Of a stretch of DNA of 64,000 bases, positions 48,602 through 57,360 are shown one piece after another. The notes beneath the pieces were generated by a model. The model searched no databases. It was not told where the DNA came from and worked only from the letters and a program-made list of their open reading frames with translations. Origin of the DNA: a virus (lineage: Duplodnaviria > Caudoviricetes). The DNA lies in the IMG/VR virus record IMGVR_UViG_3300033121_000971, positions 1-64,000 of that record; one strand, 5' to 3'. The position numbers and the translations under genes were made by a program. Positions within the stretch are counted from its first letter, which is position 1, and each line of letters starts with the position of its first letter.

Positions 48602-49320
48602 TGGCAACATTTAAACTTACAATAGGAAACCCTAAACCAGAAAATGGTGTAGGTATAACAAAGTCTAAAGAAGGCAGTCCGTACATTGGAGGGCTTGAAG
48701 CTCACAACGGTAGTCATCTTTTATATGATAATGCTGGTAATGTGTTTCTGGAAGCTTCAAAAACTTTATTCATAAGAGGTAAAAAACTTTTTGAAGAGTT
48801 GGAAAGCAAACAAGTAGTTGTATCCGATGCCCATACTTTGAATGCTTTGACTATTGCTTTATCTGCAATAGAAAGTATATTTGTTTCTGGGAAAGAGGTT
48901 AACGTACATGGTGAGAATATTAATTTACTTGCTGATGGTACAACTCAAGTTTTGGCTCCCAAAATAATATTAGGTAAAATAAATAGTGAAGTTTTGTATG
49001 GAGAGAAGGATGGAGAAATATATGAAACTAATGAAGAACTTTATACTGAGAACTCTATACCAGACCCAGTAATGACAAAGAGAAGGTTCTCTACTTGGTG
49101 GGGCAAGAGCATGACTAAGCTACTGTCTGATATTAATGATTTACGAATAAAGTATGATGCACTGGTTTCTAAATATAATAGTCATGTACATATCGGTAGA
49201 CCTCCAACTGAGAAAGTATCTCCTTCTGATTACGGAGAAACTTCTGATTTAGATTTTGCAGGGCATACAGCAAAGAATGTTAGTAACATGCAAGCTTCTA
49301 AAACAACTAGTGCAGTGTAA
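48601..49320 (+). CDS. baseplate spike protein (beta-helix with HxH tip)
   Basis: repeating short strands, APKIILG, YNSHVH. Confidence 0.68.
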   Translation: MATFKLTIGNPKPENGVGITKSKEGSPYIGGLEAHNGSHLLYDNAGNVFLEASKTLFIRGKKLFEELESKQVVVSDAHTLNALTIALSAIESIFVSGKEVNVHGENINLLADGTTQVLAPKIILGKINSEVLYGEKDGEIYETNEELYTENSIPDPVMTKRRFSTWWGKSMTKLLSDINDLRIKYDALVSKYNSHVHIGRPPTEKVSPSDYGETSDLDFAGHTAKNVSNMQASKTTSAV

Positions 49321-50075
49321 TGTCAACAGACTTATTAAATAGAATTAATAAATCACAAGAGACCTATGCTTTAAACTTTGATTTTGCTGAAGTAGAAGGT
49401 ATACAAAGTAATCGCTTACTAAGATGTAGATTGACTCAACGATTAGGAGCTTATGAGGATTGCTTAATACTTGGTGAGTCTTACTCCCCAAAGATTCCAG
49501 ATAAAGGAATAATAATTTTCGTAGGAAAACAAAAATATCCATGTTTCTACCCCTTTAGCTCAGGTAGTGCTCCTCAATCTAGTGGCGAAGTAAACTATGA
49601 GTCACTACCTCCAGCAGGAGAATTAAAATTAAGCTATACAGCTATAACTCAAAAAGCTATTGATGATTTAGAACTACATAAGTCTGGTTGGTCAAGCCGA
49701 GTTACCCTACAACAAATATTAGATGCTTATGATAATAATGCCAAGTCTTACGGTACAGACCCTAATTTTTTTATAGCACAGACAAAAGCAGAATCTACTT
49801 TTCAATATGATGCTGGTTCACCTACTGGGGTACAAGGTTGGTCGCAGTTTACACAGTCTACAGCAAACTTGGTAGGATTACAGGATAGGTATAACATTTT
49901 ACAAAACATTGATGCTCAATATAAGTACATGTTCATGTTGTACAATGGAGAATCTAAAGGAGACATTATTGATGCTCTTGGTAGGTACAATAGGGGAGCA
50001 AATTGGAGAAACATAGATGAGTCTAAGAAATATGTTCCATACGTTATAAGCATATATAATAGGTATACCAGATGA
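49320..50075 (+). CDS. spike-associated protein: paralogous OB-fold-like N-terminus plus lytic transglycosylase (SLT)
   Basis: AQTKAESTF...SPTGVQGWSQF...ALGRYNRG. Confidence 0.75.
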   Translation: MSTDLLNRINKSQETYALNFDFAEVEGIQSNRLLRCRLTQRLGAYEDCLILGESYSPKIPDKGIIIFVGKQKYPCFYPFSSGSAPQSSGEVNYESLPPAGELKLSYTAITQKAIDDLELHKSGWSSRVTLQQILDAYDNNAKSYGTDPNFFIAQTKAESTFQYDAGSPTGVQGWSQFTQSTANLVGLQDRYNILQNIDAQYKYMFMLYNGESKGDIIDALGRYNRGANWRNIDESKKYVPYVISIYNRYTR

Positions 50076-50932
50076 GCAGAATGACAATTAGAAAAGACGG
50101 AAGTATTGAGATAGTTTCAGATGGTGTTTTAGAAGATTTTTTTTCTTTACCTTCTGACTCTTACATTGATGTGATTCAAACTTTAAATAATATTAGAGAA
50201 ATTGTTTTAAACAGAGAGAGTGGTGAGCAGTACACAGAACTGTTTACTTTTGGTAGTGTAGCATTTACTAACTTTACTCAAATGTTAGGCTTGTTTAGCC
50301 GATGGTACCCTGTAGACAATTCTGGAAAAAACATTGACCTGTGGAAATCATATTTTGCTTACATTCTTGCAACAATAAAACATGAGACAGCTCACTCTTG
50401 GGAACCTTGTTATGAAGCCTTTTATTTAAATAATGGCTCTCCTCCAGATGGTGGAGTAGGCTCTCCTGAATGGCTTTCTGAACTTAGAAGTAAGGCTGGT
50501 AGGTATGAAGGAGGAGTGTATCCTGCTGGTCATCCTTGGGCTGGAGTTCCTATATACTTTGGAAGAGGCTTTGTACAATTGACTCATGATTACAATTATG
50601 AAAAGTTTGATATTGTTTTAAAGAAGCCTAGATTTGGCACTTTGTTTTCTGGAATAGATTTGCTAAACATTCCAGAACAAGCTTTAGACAAAGTAGTGAG
50701 CATGGCTGTAACAAGCTATGGCATGCTAACAGAAGGATTTAGAGGTGAGCCTCCTTATACACTATCTAAATATATGGGTGGCAATATTGAAGTTCCAGAC
50801 TTCTTTAATGCCAGAGATATTGTGAATGCTGATAAGAATAGAGTGTACAGAGGGTACTCAAAAAGTGTGGGAGCTACTATTGCTGACTATGCTACAGATT
50901 TTTACAATGCTATAGTAATTAAACATAGATAA
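50072..50932 (+). CDS. GH19-family muramidase/chitinase-like protein
   Basis: AYILATIKHET...YFGRGFVQLTHDYNY...ARDIVN. Confidence 0.82.
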   Translation: MSRMTIRKDGSIEIVSDGVLEDFFSLPSDSYIDVIQTLNNIREIVLNRESGEQYTELFTFGSVAFTNFTQMLGLFSRWYPVDNSGKNIDLWKSYFAYILATIKHETAHSWEPCYEAFYLNNGSPPDGGVGSPEWLSELRSKAGRYEGGVYPAGHPWAGVPIYFGRGFVQLTHDYNYEKFDIVLKKPRFGTLFSGIDLLNIPEQALDKVVSMAVTSYGMLTEGFRGEPPYTLSKYMGGNIEVPDFFNARDIVNADKNRVYRGYSKSVGATIADYATDFYNAIVIKHR

Positions 50933-50933
50933 T

Positions 50934-50952
50934 TTTGTATTTATTATATAGA
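50934..50952 (+). promoter_or_regulatory. putative late promoter motif, copy 6
   Basis: exact match ahead of wedge genes. Confidence 0.7.
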
Positions 50953-50977
50953 AGCCTTTAGAACAAAACCTTAAAAA

Positions 50978-51451
50978 TTGTCAATAACAGATATAAAATT
51001 AGTAAGTCGTACCCCGAAAGAGCTGGTAGACCAGACGGAATTTAAATCAGATTCTGATATAGATTTTGATGTTTATGGTGAGGTAGTACTGTGTACTCCA
51101 GAAGAAGGTTTAGAACAGAATTTATTAAAAGCTGTACTAACAGATAAACAGCCTGATGGTTATGGTACATCCTTTAAAAGTTTAATCGGTAGACCTAACA
51201 CAGATTTTGTAAGAGTATCACTGATGCATGAAATATTGTCTTCTGTTGATACTTTAAAAAGTAGTCAAGTGACTTACTTAAAAAGAAATCCTACTTATGA
51301 TAAAAAAAGTATTATAGGGAGTATGGTAAATATAAAAGGCAATAGAATAAGTAAAACAGGTTTTGAAGTAACTTGTAAGTTAAGGTCTTTAAATGATATT
51401 GAAAAAAATACAAATTCACTACAGCAAGTTACAACAACTTTAGATATATAA
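50978..51451 (+). CDS. gp25-like baseplate wedge/sheath initiator
   Basis: LEQNLLKAVLT...YGTSFKSLIG; precedes baseplate J. Confidence 0.65.
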   Translation: MSITDIKLVSRTPKELVDQTEFKSDSDIDFDVYGEVVLCTPEEGLEQNLLKAVLTDKQPDGYGTSFKSLIGRPNTDFVRVSLMHEILSSVDTLKSSQVTYLKRNPTYDKKSIIGSMVNIKGNRISKTGFEVTCKLRSLNDIEKNTNSLQQVTTTLDI

Positions 51452-51452
51452 T

Positions 51453-53063
51453 ATGGCACTACCAATAAAAAATAAAGCAAATATAATACTAGACTTAATA
51501 AAGTCTTTTAATGAAGATTCAAAAACAGGTGTAGCGACTTACGAACATTCTGTTTGGTATGACATGTTTTTTAATCCTATGTCAGACCAGATATCTGATT
51601 TGTATGTTATAATGGATTTTGTAAATAAGTCCAGCAGTTTAGATGAGCTTGAGCTGGTTGTAAGAGACTCTGCATACCAAGATAGGTTACGTTTTGCCTT
51701 AGACTTATCTTTTCCAGAAGTTCAAACACTGATATCTAATGTAATAGATTATAAAATTTCTAACTTTAATGAAGTGAGAAAATCAGCTATTGCATCCAGA
51801 GGATACATAAGATTATATTTTAATTCTGGGGCTAATGTTACACTTAGTGCTGGTTTAGAAGTACAGACTATTGCTGGAGTAAGGTTTTTAACAACAAATA
51901 GTTTTGTAGACTTGGCTCCATCTTTTGATTCTAGTGAAGGTTTATACTACGTTGACTCTGCAATAAGATGTACCGAAGCAGGACAGTTAGGTAATGTTGA
52001 AACTGGAACTATAAAAAGAATAACTTTAGGAGCTCCAAATTTAGTAAAAGCAATTAATTTACAAAGAACAAAGTTTGGAAGAAATAGAGAAGCAGACTTA
52101 GAAGTTATTGACAGAACTAGAACTTCTTTAATGTCAAAAAGAACTTCTCTTATAAAGGGTTTTATAGATGCAGTATCTGGATATGATGGTGTGCAAGATG
52201 TAGCAGTAGTGTTACACGGCAACAACCTAATGGTAAGACGAGAGAAGAATGCAGTAGATGTATATTTAATAGCTGAAGAAAAGCTTCAATTGAAAGAAGA
52301 TACTTTTAACAGTGTATCAGCTAGGTATGCATGGGAAAGAATGGATAATGAGTTATCCTTCGAAACTTACCCCACTGCTTATAGCGGAGCTAACACCTAC
52401 GCTTATAAATTATTATCTCAGCCAGTCATAGATATATCAGGCATATCTTACTCAACTTCTCCAGACGGTGTTTACTCAAGTATAGGAAGCTCTTATACAT
52501 TTGTACAGGACTCTACTGGAGTATGGGCAACTTCTGTAAGAGGTCATGACCATGTTGTACTGGATGCTGGAGCCATACCTAACAATGTTTGGGTAAAGGT
52601 AAACTACACTTATGACAGACTTTATAAAGACCTTCAAACTTTATTTCAAAATTATGAAAACATAGCTGTAGGAGCCGACCTTTTAATTAAAAAAGGTAAA
52701 GAGATTCCTGTAGACATTACTATATATGATGCAAAAATATTTGCTGGATACACAGAGTCAGAAGTAAAAGATGTTATACAAAGTGACTTGAGTATATTTT
52801 TTACTGGAGGTACCGATAGCAACGGCACAATAAGACTACTGTCCAAGTTAGGAGCTTCACTGGATAAAAGTGATTTACTTGAAGTAGTACTAGCTGTTCA
52901 AGGTATAGATAGAATGGATACAGATTCATTTGACGTAAAAGTTAATGGCATTTCTATGGGGGCAACAACCTCAGTACCATTAGATTCTTTTATGAGACTA
53001 GGTTCAGTTACGTTTGTAAATGGTAATATAGTTGTAGGTGAGATAAATTCAGGAGGAGTATAA
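51453..53063 (+). CDS. baseplate J-like wedge protein
   Basis: RKSAIASRG, CTEAGQLGNV, GRNREAD, VDVY. Confidence 0.82.
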   Translation: MALPIKNKANIILDLIKSFNEDSKTGVATYEHSVWYDMFFNPMSDQISDLYVIMDFVNKSSSLDELELVVRDSAYQDRLRFALDLSFPEVQTLISNVIDYKISNFNEVRKSAIASRGYIRLYFNSGANVTLSAGLEVQTIAGVRFLTTNSFVDLAPSFDSSEGLYYVDSAIRCTEAGQLGNVETGTIKRITLGAPNLVKAINLQRTKFGRNREADLEVIDRTRTSLMSKRTSLIKGFIDAVSGYDGVQDVAVVLHGNNLMVRREKNAVDVYLIAEEKLQLKEDTFNSVSARYAWERMDNELSFETYPTAYSGANTYAYKLLSQPVIDISGISYSTSPDGVYSSIGSSYTFVQDSTGVWATSVRGHDHVVLDAGAIPNNVWVKVNYTYDRLYKDLQTLFQNYENIAVGADLLIKKGKEIPVDITIYDAKIFAGYTESEVKDVIQSDLSIFFTGGTDSNGTIRLLSKLGASLDKSDLLEVVLAVQGIDRMDTDSFDVKVNGISMGATTSVPLDSFMRLGSVTFVNGNIVVGEINSGGV

Positions 53064-53066
53064 CAA

Positions 53067-54620
53067 GTGCAACTAGGCTGGAAAAAATCTCCGTACTCAC
53101 AGCATGATAATGTTTTATTTGATTTTGTAAAAAAGTCTTTAGTAGATTCTAATATATACGGGACTACTCCACAAGATTTTTCTTATACTGATAAGATAAA
53201 AAAATATCAATTAACATTATCAGATTGTTATGCAGTAGTTAACATTACAGTAAATGATACTGTATGGATTACTTTAGATGGTACAGGTAGTACACATAAT
53301 TTTGATTTTTATATTGCTCCTAAGTTAGGACTTAATACTGTAAAAGCAGTGTCCACAGACGGTGAACAGTTGTATGCCTCTCTAATATTTAAGACTTACA
53401 ATATGCACAACTTTCTTGCTTTTATGGCAAAGAAGTTTAAAGAATTGTGGAACTTGTATAAGCAAGCTCAGGCAAACATATACATAGAGTCTGATGTAAT
53501 ACAAGATATGGATGGTAATGACCTATCTCCAGAATATAGATTTACTAAAAGTTTTGCAACACTGCTAGGTACAAAACGCTACACAGGTTTAACCAATGAC
53601 CAGTATTACACATTTTTAAAAAATGTGTTTATAATGAATCAGAACGGTGGAGCTTTAAAGTCTTACTACCAGTTACAGCAAGCTTTACCTGACTACATAG
53701 ACCGAGTTGACTTAATTCCTATGGAAAAGTTTTTAGTACAGGGAAATAAGCAGGCTGGAAAGGTTTATGTTGATGGTACTAATACTACTAAACTGAGGGT
53801 ATACCCTGCGTATGTTTGGCAACAACAGAATGAGTGGGGACTTTTACCCTACAGTGCTGAAGTTCCAGATAGCACAAGTGCAGTGTTTTATGTGTATACT
53901 GATTCGGATATACATTCTGATACAACCAATAAAGGTAGTTTAAAAATACAGTACACTGATGATGCAGAATTTTTCAAAAGAGAATTCTACACTACTGATA
54001 CCTTCTACAGTACTGACCTAAGAGATGATACAGGTGGAGGTATAACAGGGTTTGTAAATGGAAAATATGTTGTACTAAAAAGTCCTTCTGTAGATGGTAC
54101 TATAAGTGTTGATTCTACAGGGTCAGTTCTTGTGAACAATAGCAGTCAACTACTTATAGCTCCTAATTATAATTTTGTTGATTTAGGCACAACCTATGGA
54201 AGTCAAATAAATAATGTAAAAATCACTTACAAGACTTATGACGTTCCTAACATTTTAGCGAAAGTATCAAAAGACACTACTACAGGAGTAATACAGAACA
54301 TCTTAATGTCAGGGCATCCTGTATATAACAATTCGGGAAAAAACTATATATCTGAATATGGAGATAAACATTACTTATCTTATATTGAAAATGATTATGG
54401 TTCAGTTGTCTTAACTATAAGAGCTAAACAAGTAATAGATAATGAACTAAAAGATATTATAAATAATCTCATAAGGAATAACCTTCCTATGCATTTAAGA
54501 TATTATCTAGTTTGGTCAACTGTGAATCTGTGGGACTATTGGGGTGATACAAATTTCACTTTTGCAGATACTACTACACAAGCTCAGTGGACTGGCGTAA
54601 CTTTTGGAGACTTGAAATAG
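53067..54620 (+). CDS. baseplate wedge protein
   Basis: follows J; C-terminal IRNNLPMHLRY motif; GTG start. Confidence 0.6.
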   Translation: MQLGWKKSPYSQHDNVLFDFVKKSLVDSNIYGTTPQDFSYTDKIKKYQLTLSDCYAVVNITVNDTVWITLDGTGSTHNFDFYIAPKLGLNTVKAVSTDGEQLYASLIFKTYNMHNFLAFMAKKFKELWNLYKQAQANIYIESDVIQDMDGNDLSPEYRFTKSFATLLGTKRYTGLTNDQYYTFLKNVFIMNQNGGALKSYYQLQQALPDYIDRVDLIPMEKFLVQGNKQAGKVYVDGTNTTKLRVYPAYVWQQQNEWGLLPYSAEVPDSTSAVFYVYTDSDIHSDTTNKGSLKIQYTDDAEFFKREFYTTDTFYSTDLRDDTGGGITGFVNGKYVVLKSPSVDGTISVDSTGSVLVNNSSQLLIAPNYNFVDLGTTYGSQINNVKITYKTYDVPNILAKVSKDTTTGVIQNILMSGHPVYNNSGKNYISEYGDKHYLSYIENDYGSVVLTIRAKQVIDNELKDIINNLIRNNLPMHLRYYLVWSTVNLWDYWGDTNFTFADTTTQAQWTGVTFGDLK

Positions 54621-54877
54621 TGGCAAAAATGTATAAACCTAATTACGGGTTCTTTGAAGCAGAGCAGGAAGACATTGTACCTTTTTTTCAGTACATAGTA
54701 TTTAACAAGAATAGCGTAGACATGTACTATGATTATAAAGATTTTGAAAATATAAAAAAGATATTAAAAGCTCAAGGTTGGGAAAAAGATTCTAAAAAAA
54801 CCTATGAGAATAAAGAAGTAGAAGAAGTATACGTAAAAGAGAATAACAAAAAATTAATGTTTTACCACGATAAATAA
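54587..54877 (+). CDS. hypothetical protein (true start probably near 54620)
   Basis: fills gap on coding strand. Confidence 0.55.
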   Translation: MDWRNFWRLEIVAKMYKPNYGFFEAEQEDIVPFFQYIVFNKNSVDMYYDYKDFENIKKILKAQGWEKDSKKTYENKEVEEVYVKENNKKLMFYHDK

Positions 54878-55710
54878 TGGCAACACTAACTTTAATACAA
54901 AGTGCAGATACTCCTAATTCTGGGAGAGTAAAAATAAATGCTAATGACCAAGCTCTTAATAATGAGCTTGCAACTACCATTCATGCAGATGGCTCAGTGC
55001 CAATGTCTGCAACATTATCTATGGGGGGCTATAGAATAGTCAGCCAAGGAGCTGGTGTAAATCCTACAGATGGTGTAATATATTCTCAACTCCAGAATGA
55101 GGTTAATAAAAGAATAGTAAAGAACTTTTTAGAAGTAGCTGTAAACTATCCTGCAGAAGACAGCACTAGCAGAAGATTTGCTAGTGTAAGAAAAGCTCTT
55201 GATGCTATAACCGATGCCACAACAGACAATTGGTATTCTGTAAAAGTATATCCAAACCCAAGTCAGTCTACTGGATATTCTGAAGAGCTTGGCACATACA
55301 TAAAGAATTACGTAAATATAATTGGTGAAGGTCAGCCTATTATAACTATTACACCAGATTCTGGGCAGACAGGTACCTTAACAAATAATGGGAGAGTGGA
55401 AAATGTTAAATTCAAATTTACAGGTCATAATATTGTAGCTAGTGAACTAAAACTTGCAGGTAATGGATTTTATGAGGGCTGTACTTTTGTACTGGGCTCT
55501 GGATTAAATATTGCAGATTTGGTTCTGGGAGGAGTAGGATTAAATAACTGTAAAGTAGTGGTACCCTCTTCTTCACAAATAAGACTTGATGGTACAACAT
55601 ATAATTTTGTACAAGCTTGCTCACTGTCTTCTGATATCGTTACAGGTTCTGGTGTTATTGAGAGTGGATGTACTTATAATATTGTACCTAACTTAGTAAA
55701 TTGGGTATAA
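54877..55710 (+). CDS. tail fibre/spike-like protein with beta-helix
   Basis: GRVKINAN, LSMGGYRI, pectin-lyase-like C-terminus. Confidence 0.62.
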   Translation: MATLTLIQSADTPNSGRVKINANDQALNNELATTIHADGSVPMSATLSMGGYRIVSQGAGVNPTDGVIYSQLQNEVNKRIVKNFLEVAVNYPAEDSTSRRFASVRKALDAITDATTDNWYSVKVYPNPSQSTGYSEELGTYIKNYVNIIGEGQPIITITPDSGQTGTLTNNGRVENVKFKFTGHNIVASELKLAGNGFYEGCTFVLGSGLNIADLVLGGVGLNNCKVVVPSSSQIRLDGTTYNFVQACSLSSDIVTGSGVIESGCTYNIVPNLVNWV

Positions 55711-55719
55711 ATTTTTACA

Positions 55720-55748
55720 TTGCATTTATGAAAACTTTTAACTATATT
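55720..55748 (+). promoter_or_regulatory. sigma70-type promoter (TTGCAT-17-TATATT)
   Basis: 17-bp spacer; close match to promoter at 1372. Confidence 0.7.
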
Positions 55749-55785
55749 ATAGTGAATAAAAAATTAAATTTAAGGAGAATTTAAA

Positions 55786-56253
55786 ATGAGAAAATCAACA
55801 ATTTTTTGGGTAGTTGTTGCAATCTGGATGACATTCTTTATAATGATGGCATTAGCAGGGTGTGGGGAAGATACTATAACTGGTGTTAGTACAGAAACTA
55901 ACAGTAAGTACTCACAAAATATTAGCTTATATCAGATTTACACTTATAAACAAGATACTATAGGAATTTTAATATTTAAAGAGGATTGCAATGTTGACTC
56001 TTTAAATTACTCAACTTATTTCGGGTTCAGTACAGAACCTAAATTCAAGTACTTAAATAACAACGTATATACTACAGTTGCATTTTACTACGAGCAAAAA
56101 TTTATATGTCCTAACGATGATGTTTATATGTCGTATTGGGTTATAGATAGCAACTATCTTACCGTAAGAGGCAGTGATTCAAAACAAGGCTACATTCAAT
56201 TGGAATGTGAAAATACTTATTCTGTAGAAAACTACATAACATTAGGAAATTAA
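55786..56253 (+). CDS. lipoprotein (inserted, own promoter)
   Basis: LAG-C lipobox after hydrophobic core; AAGGAG RBS. Confidence 0.75.
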   Translation: MRKSTIFWVVVAIWMTFFIMMALAGCGEDTITGVSTETNSKYSQNISLYQIYTYKQDTIGILIFKEDCNVDSLNYSTYFGFSTEPKFKYLNNNVYTTVAFYYEQKFICPNDDVYMSYWVIDSNYLTVRGSDSKQGYIQLECENTYSVENYITLGN

Positions 56254-56264
56254 TTAAAATAAAA

Positions 56265-57113
56265 ATGAAAATATTATTACCCTTACTTCTGCTTTTATCA
56301 TTAACCTTTGTAACTTTTTCTCAGCAAGGAAAATTAAAGATAGGCAGTTATACCATATATGACTCATCTGGAGTATTAGTTATATCTGGAGGCATGTTAA
56401 AAGTAAATGCAAATGGATGGATAAATCCAAAAGATTTAAATAGTACAGTTGCAGGAAATGGATTATCTTTAAACACTACTTTAGGACTAAGATTTAATGC
56501 TGGCACAGGTTTAGAAATTGGGAGCAATGATTCTGTAGTTTCTACCCAAGAGCTGTCTTTTGCACAGGTGGACAGCATAGCAATTAACGGGGTTTTGTTA
56601 AAAAGTGATGGTAATGTTTTTACATCTGTGCACTCTGATAGCATTGTAACTCCACAAATAAATACAGACTTTATTGGGTTACCTTCTACAGGCTCTTCAG
56701 TTAGTTATGAGGGTAAAATGTTCTTAGATAGCTCGCCCTCCCTAGTAATACAATCTTTTACTGGTACAGGTTTGAAATTGGTGTCAGGGTCTAATATTGT
56801 GACGGTATCCTCATCTACTTTAAATTTTACAGCAGGAGCCTCAGTATCTATAGGTACAACTGATAACTTCAACGTTGCCTTAAAGAGAAATAATTCAGCA
56901 TACATGACTTTAGGAGCTTCTGACCTAACTATAGAGGGCAACACCCCTTTAAAATTTGCTAATGGTAGCATATTCACTACTCCAGATGGGCTGACTATGG
57001 CATCTCTTTTAGGTATTCCAAATGGTATTGTAGGAGCTGTGCACACAGGTTGGATATTAATGAAGAATACAGCAGGAGCTACAATATATGTTCCTTATTG
57101 GAAGGCACCATAA
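56265..57113 (+). CDS. signal-peptide-bearing fibre-like protein
   Basis: MKILLPLLLLLSLTFVTFS-QQ; VAGNGL/AGTGLEI fibre-type motifs; C-terminal YVPYW. Confidence 0.65.
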   Translation: MKILLPLLLLLSLTFVTFSQQGKLKIGSYTIYDSSGVLVISGGMLKVNANGWINPKDLNSTVAGNGLSLNTTLGLRFNAGTGLEIGSNDSVVSTQELSFAQVDSIAINGVLLKSDGNVFTSVHSDSIVTPQINTDFIGLPSTGSSVSYEGKMFLDSSPSLVIQSFTGTGLKLVSGSNIVTVSSSTLNFTAGASVSIGTTDNFNVALKRNNSAYMTLGASDLTIEGNTPLKFANGSIFTTPDGLTMASLLGIPNGIVGAVHTGWILMKNTAGATIYVPYWKAP

Positions 57114-57114
57114 C

Positions 57115-57360
57115 ATGAAACATTTATTATTTATAGTTATAATTGTACTTTTATTTTTAGTTATTCCAATTTTTTCACAATCAGATTCTACTAGGTTAAA
57201 ATCTTACGAGAATTATGTTTTACAAATTGACACACAAATAAAAGACACAGAAAATAAAATTTTAGAGTTACAAAAGTATCTGTTGCAGTTACAAGGAGCA
57301 AAGAGTGCTTTTGAAGCAGTAATTAGTGATGAAAAGAAATATATAGAACAAAAGAAGTAA
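57115..57360 (+). CDS. signal-peptide-bearing coiled-coil protein (fibre chaperone-like)
   Basis: ATG 57115; ...IPIFS-Q; LLQLQGA motif. Confidence 0.6.
   Translation: MKHLLFIVIIVLLFLVIPIFSQSDSTRLKSYENYVLQIDTQIKDTENKILELQKYLLQLQGAKSAFEAVISDEKKYIEQKK

Noticed and set aside
2475-50952. CRISPR array or DGR/shufflon explanation for the repeats
   Set aside because: The repeats are dispersed singletons or coding; no regular spacers, cas genes, reverse transcriptase or invertase are present.
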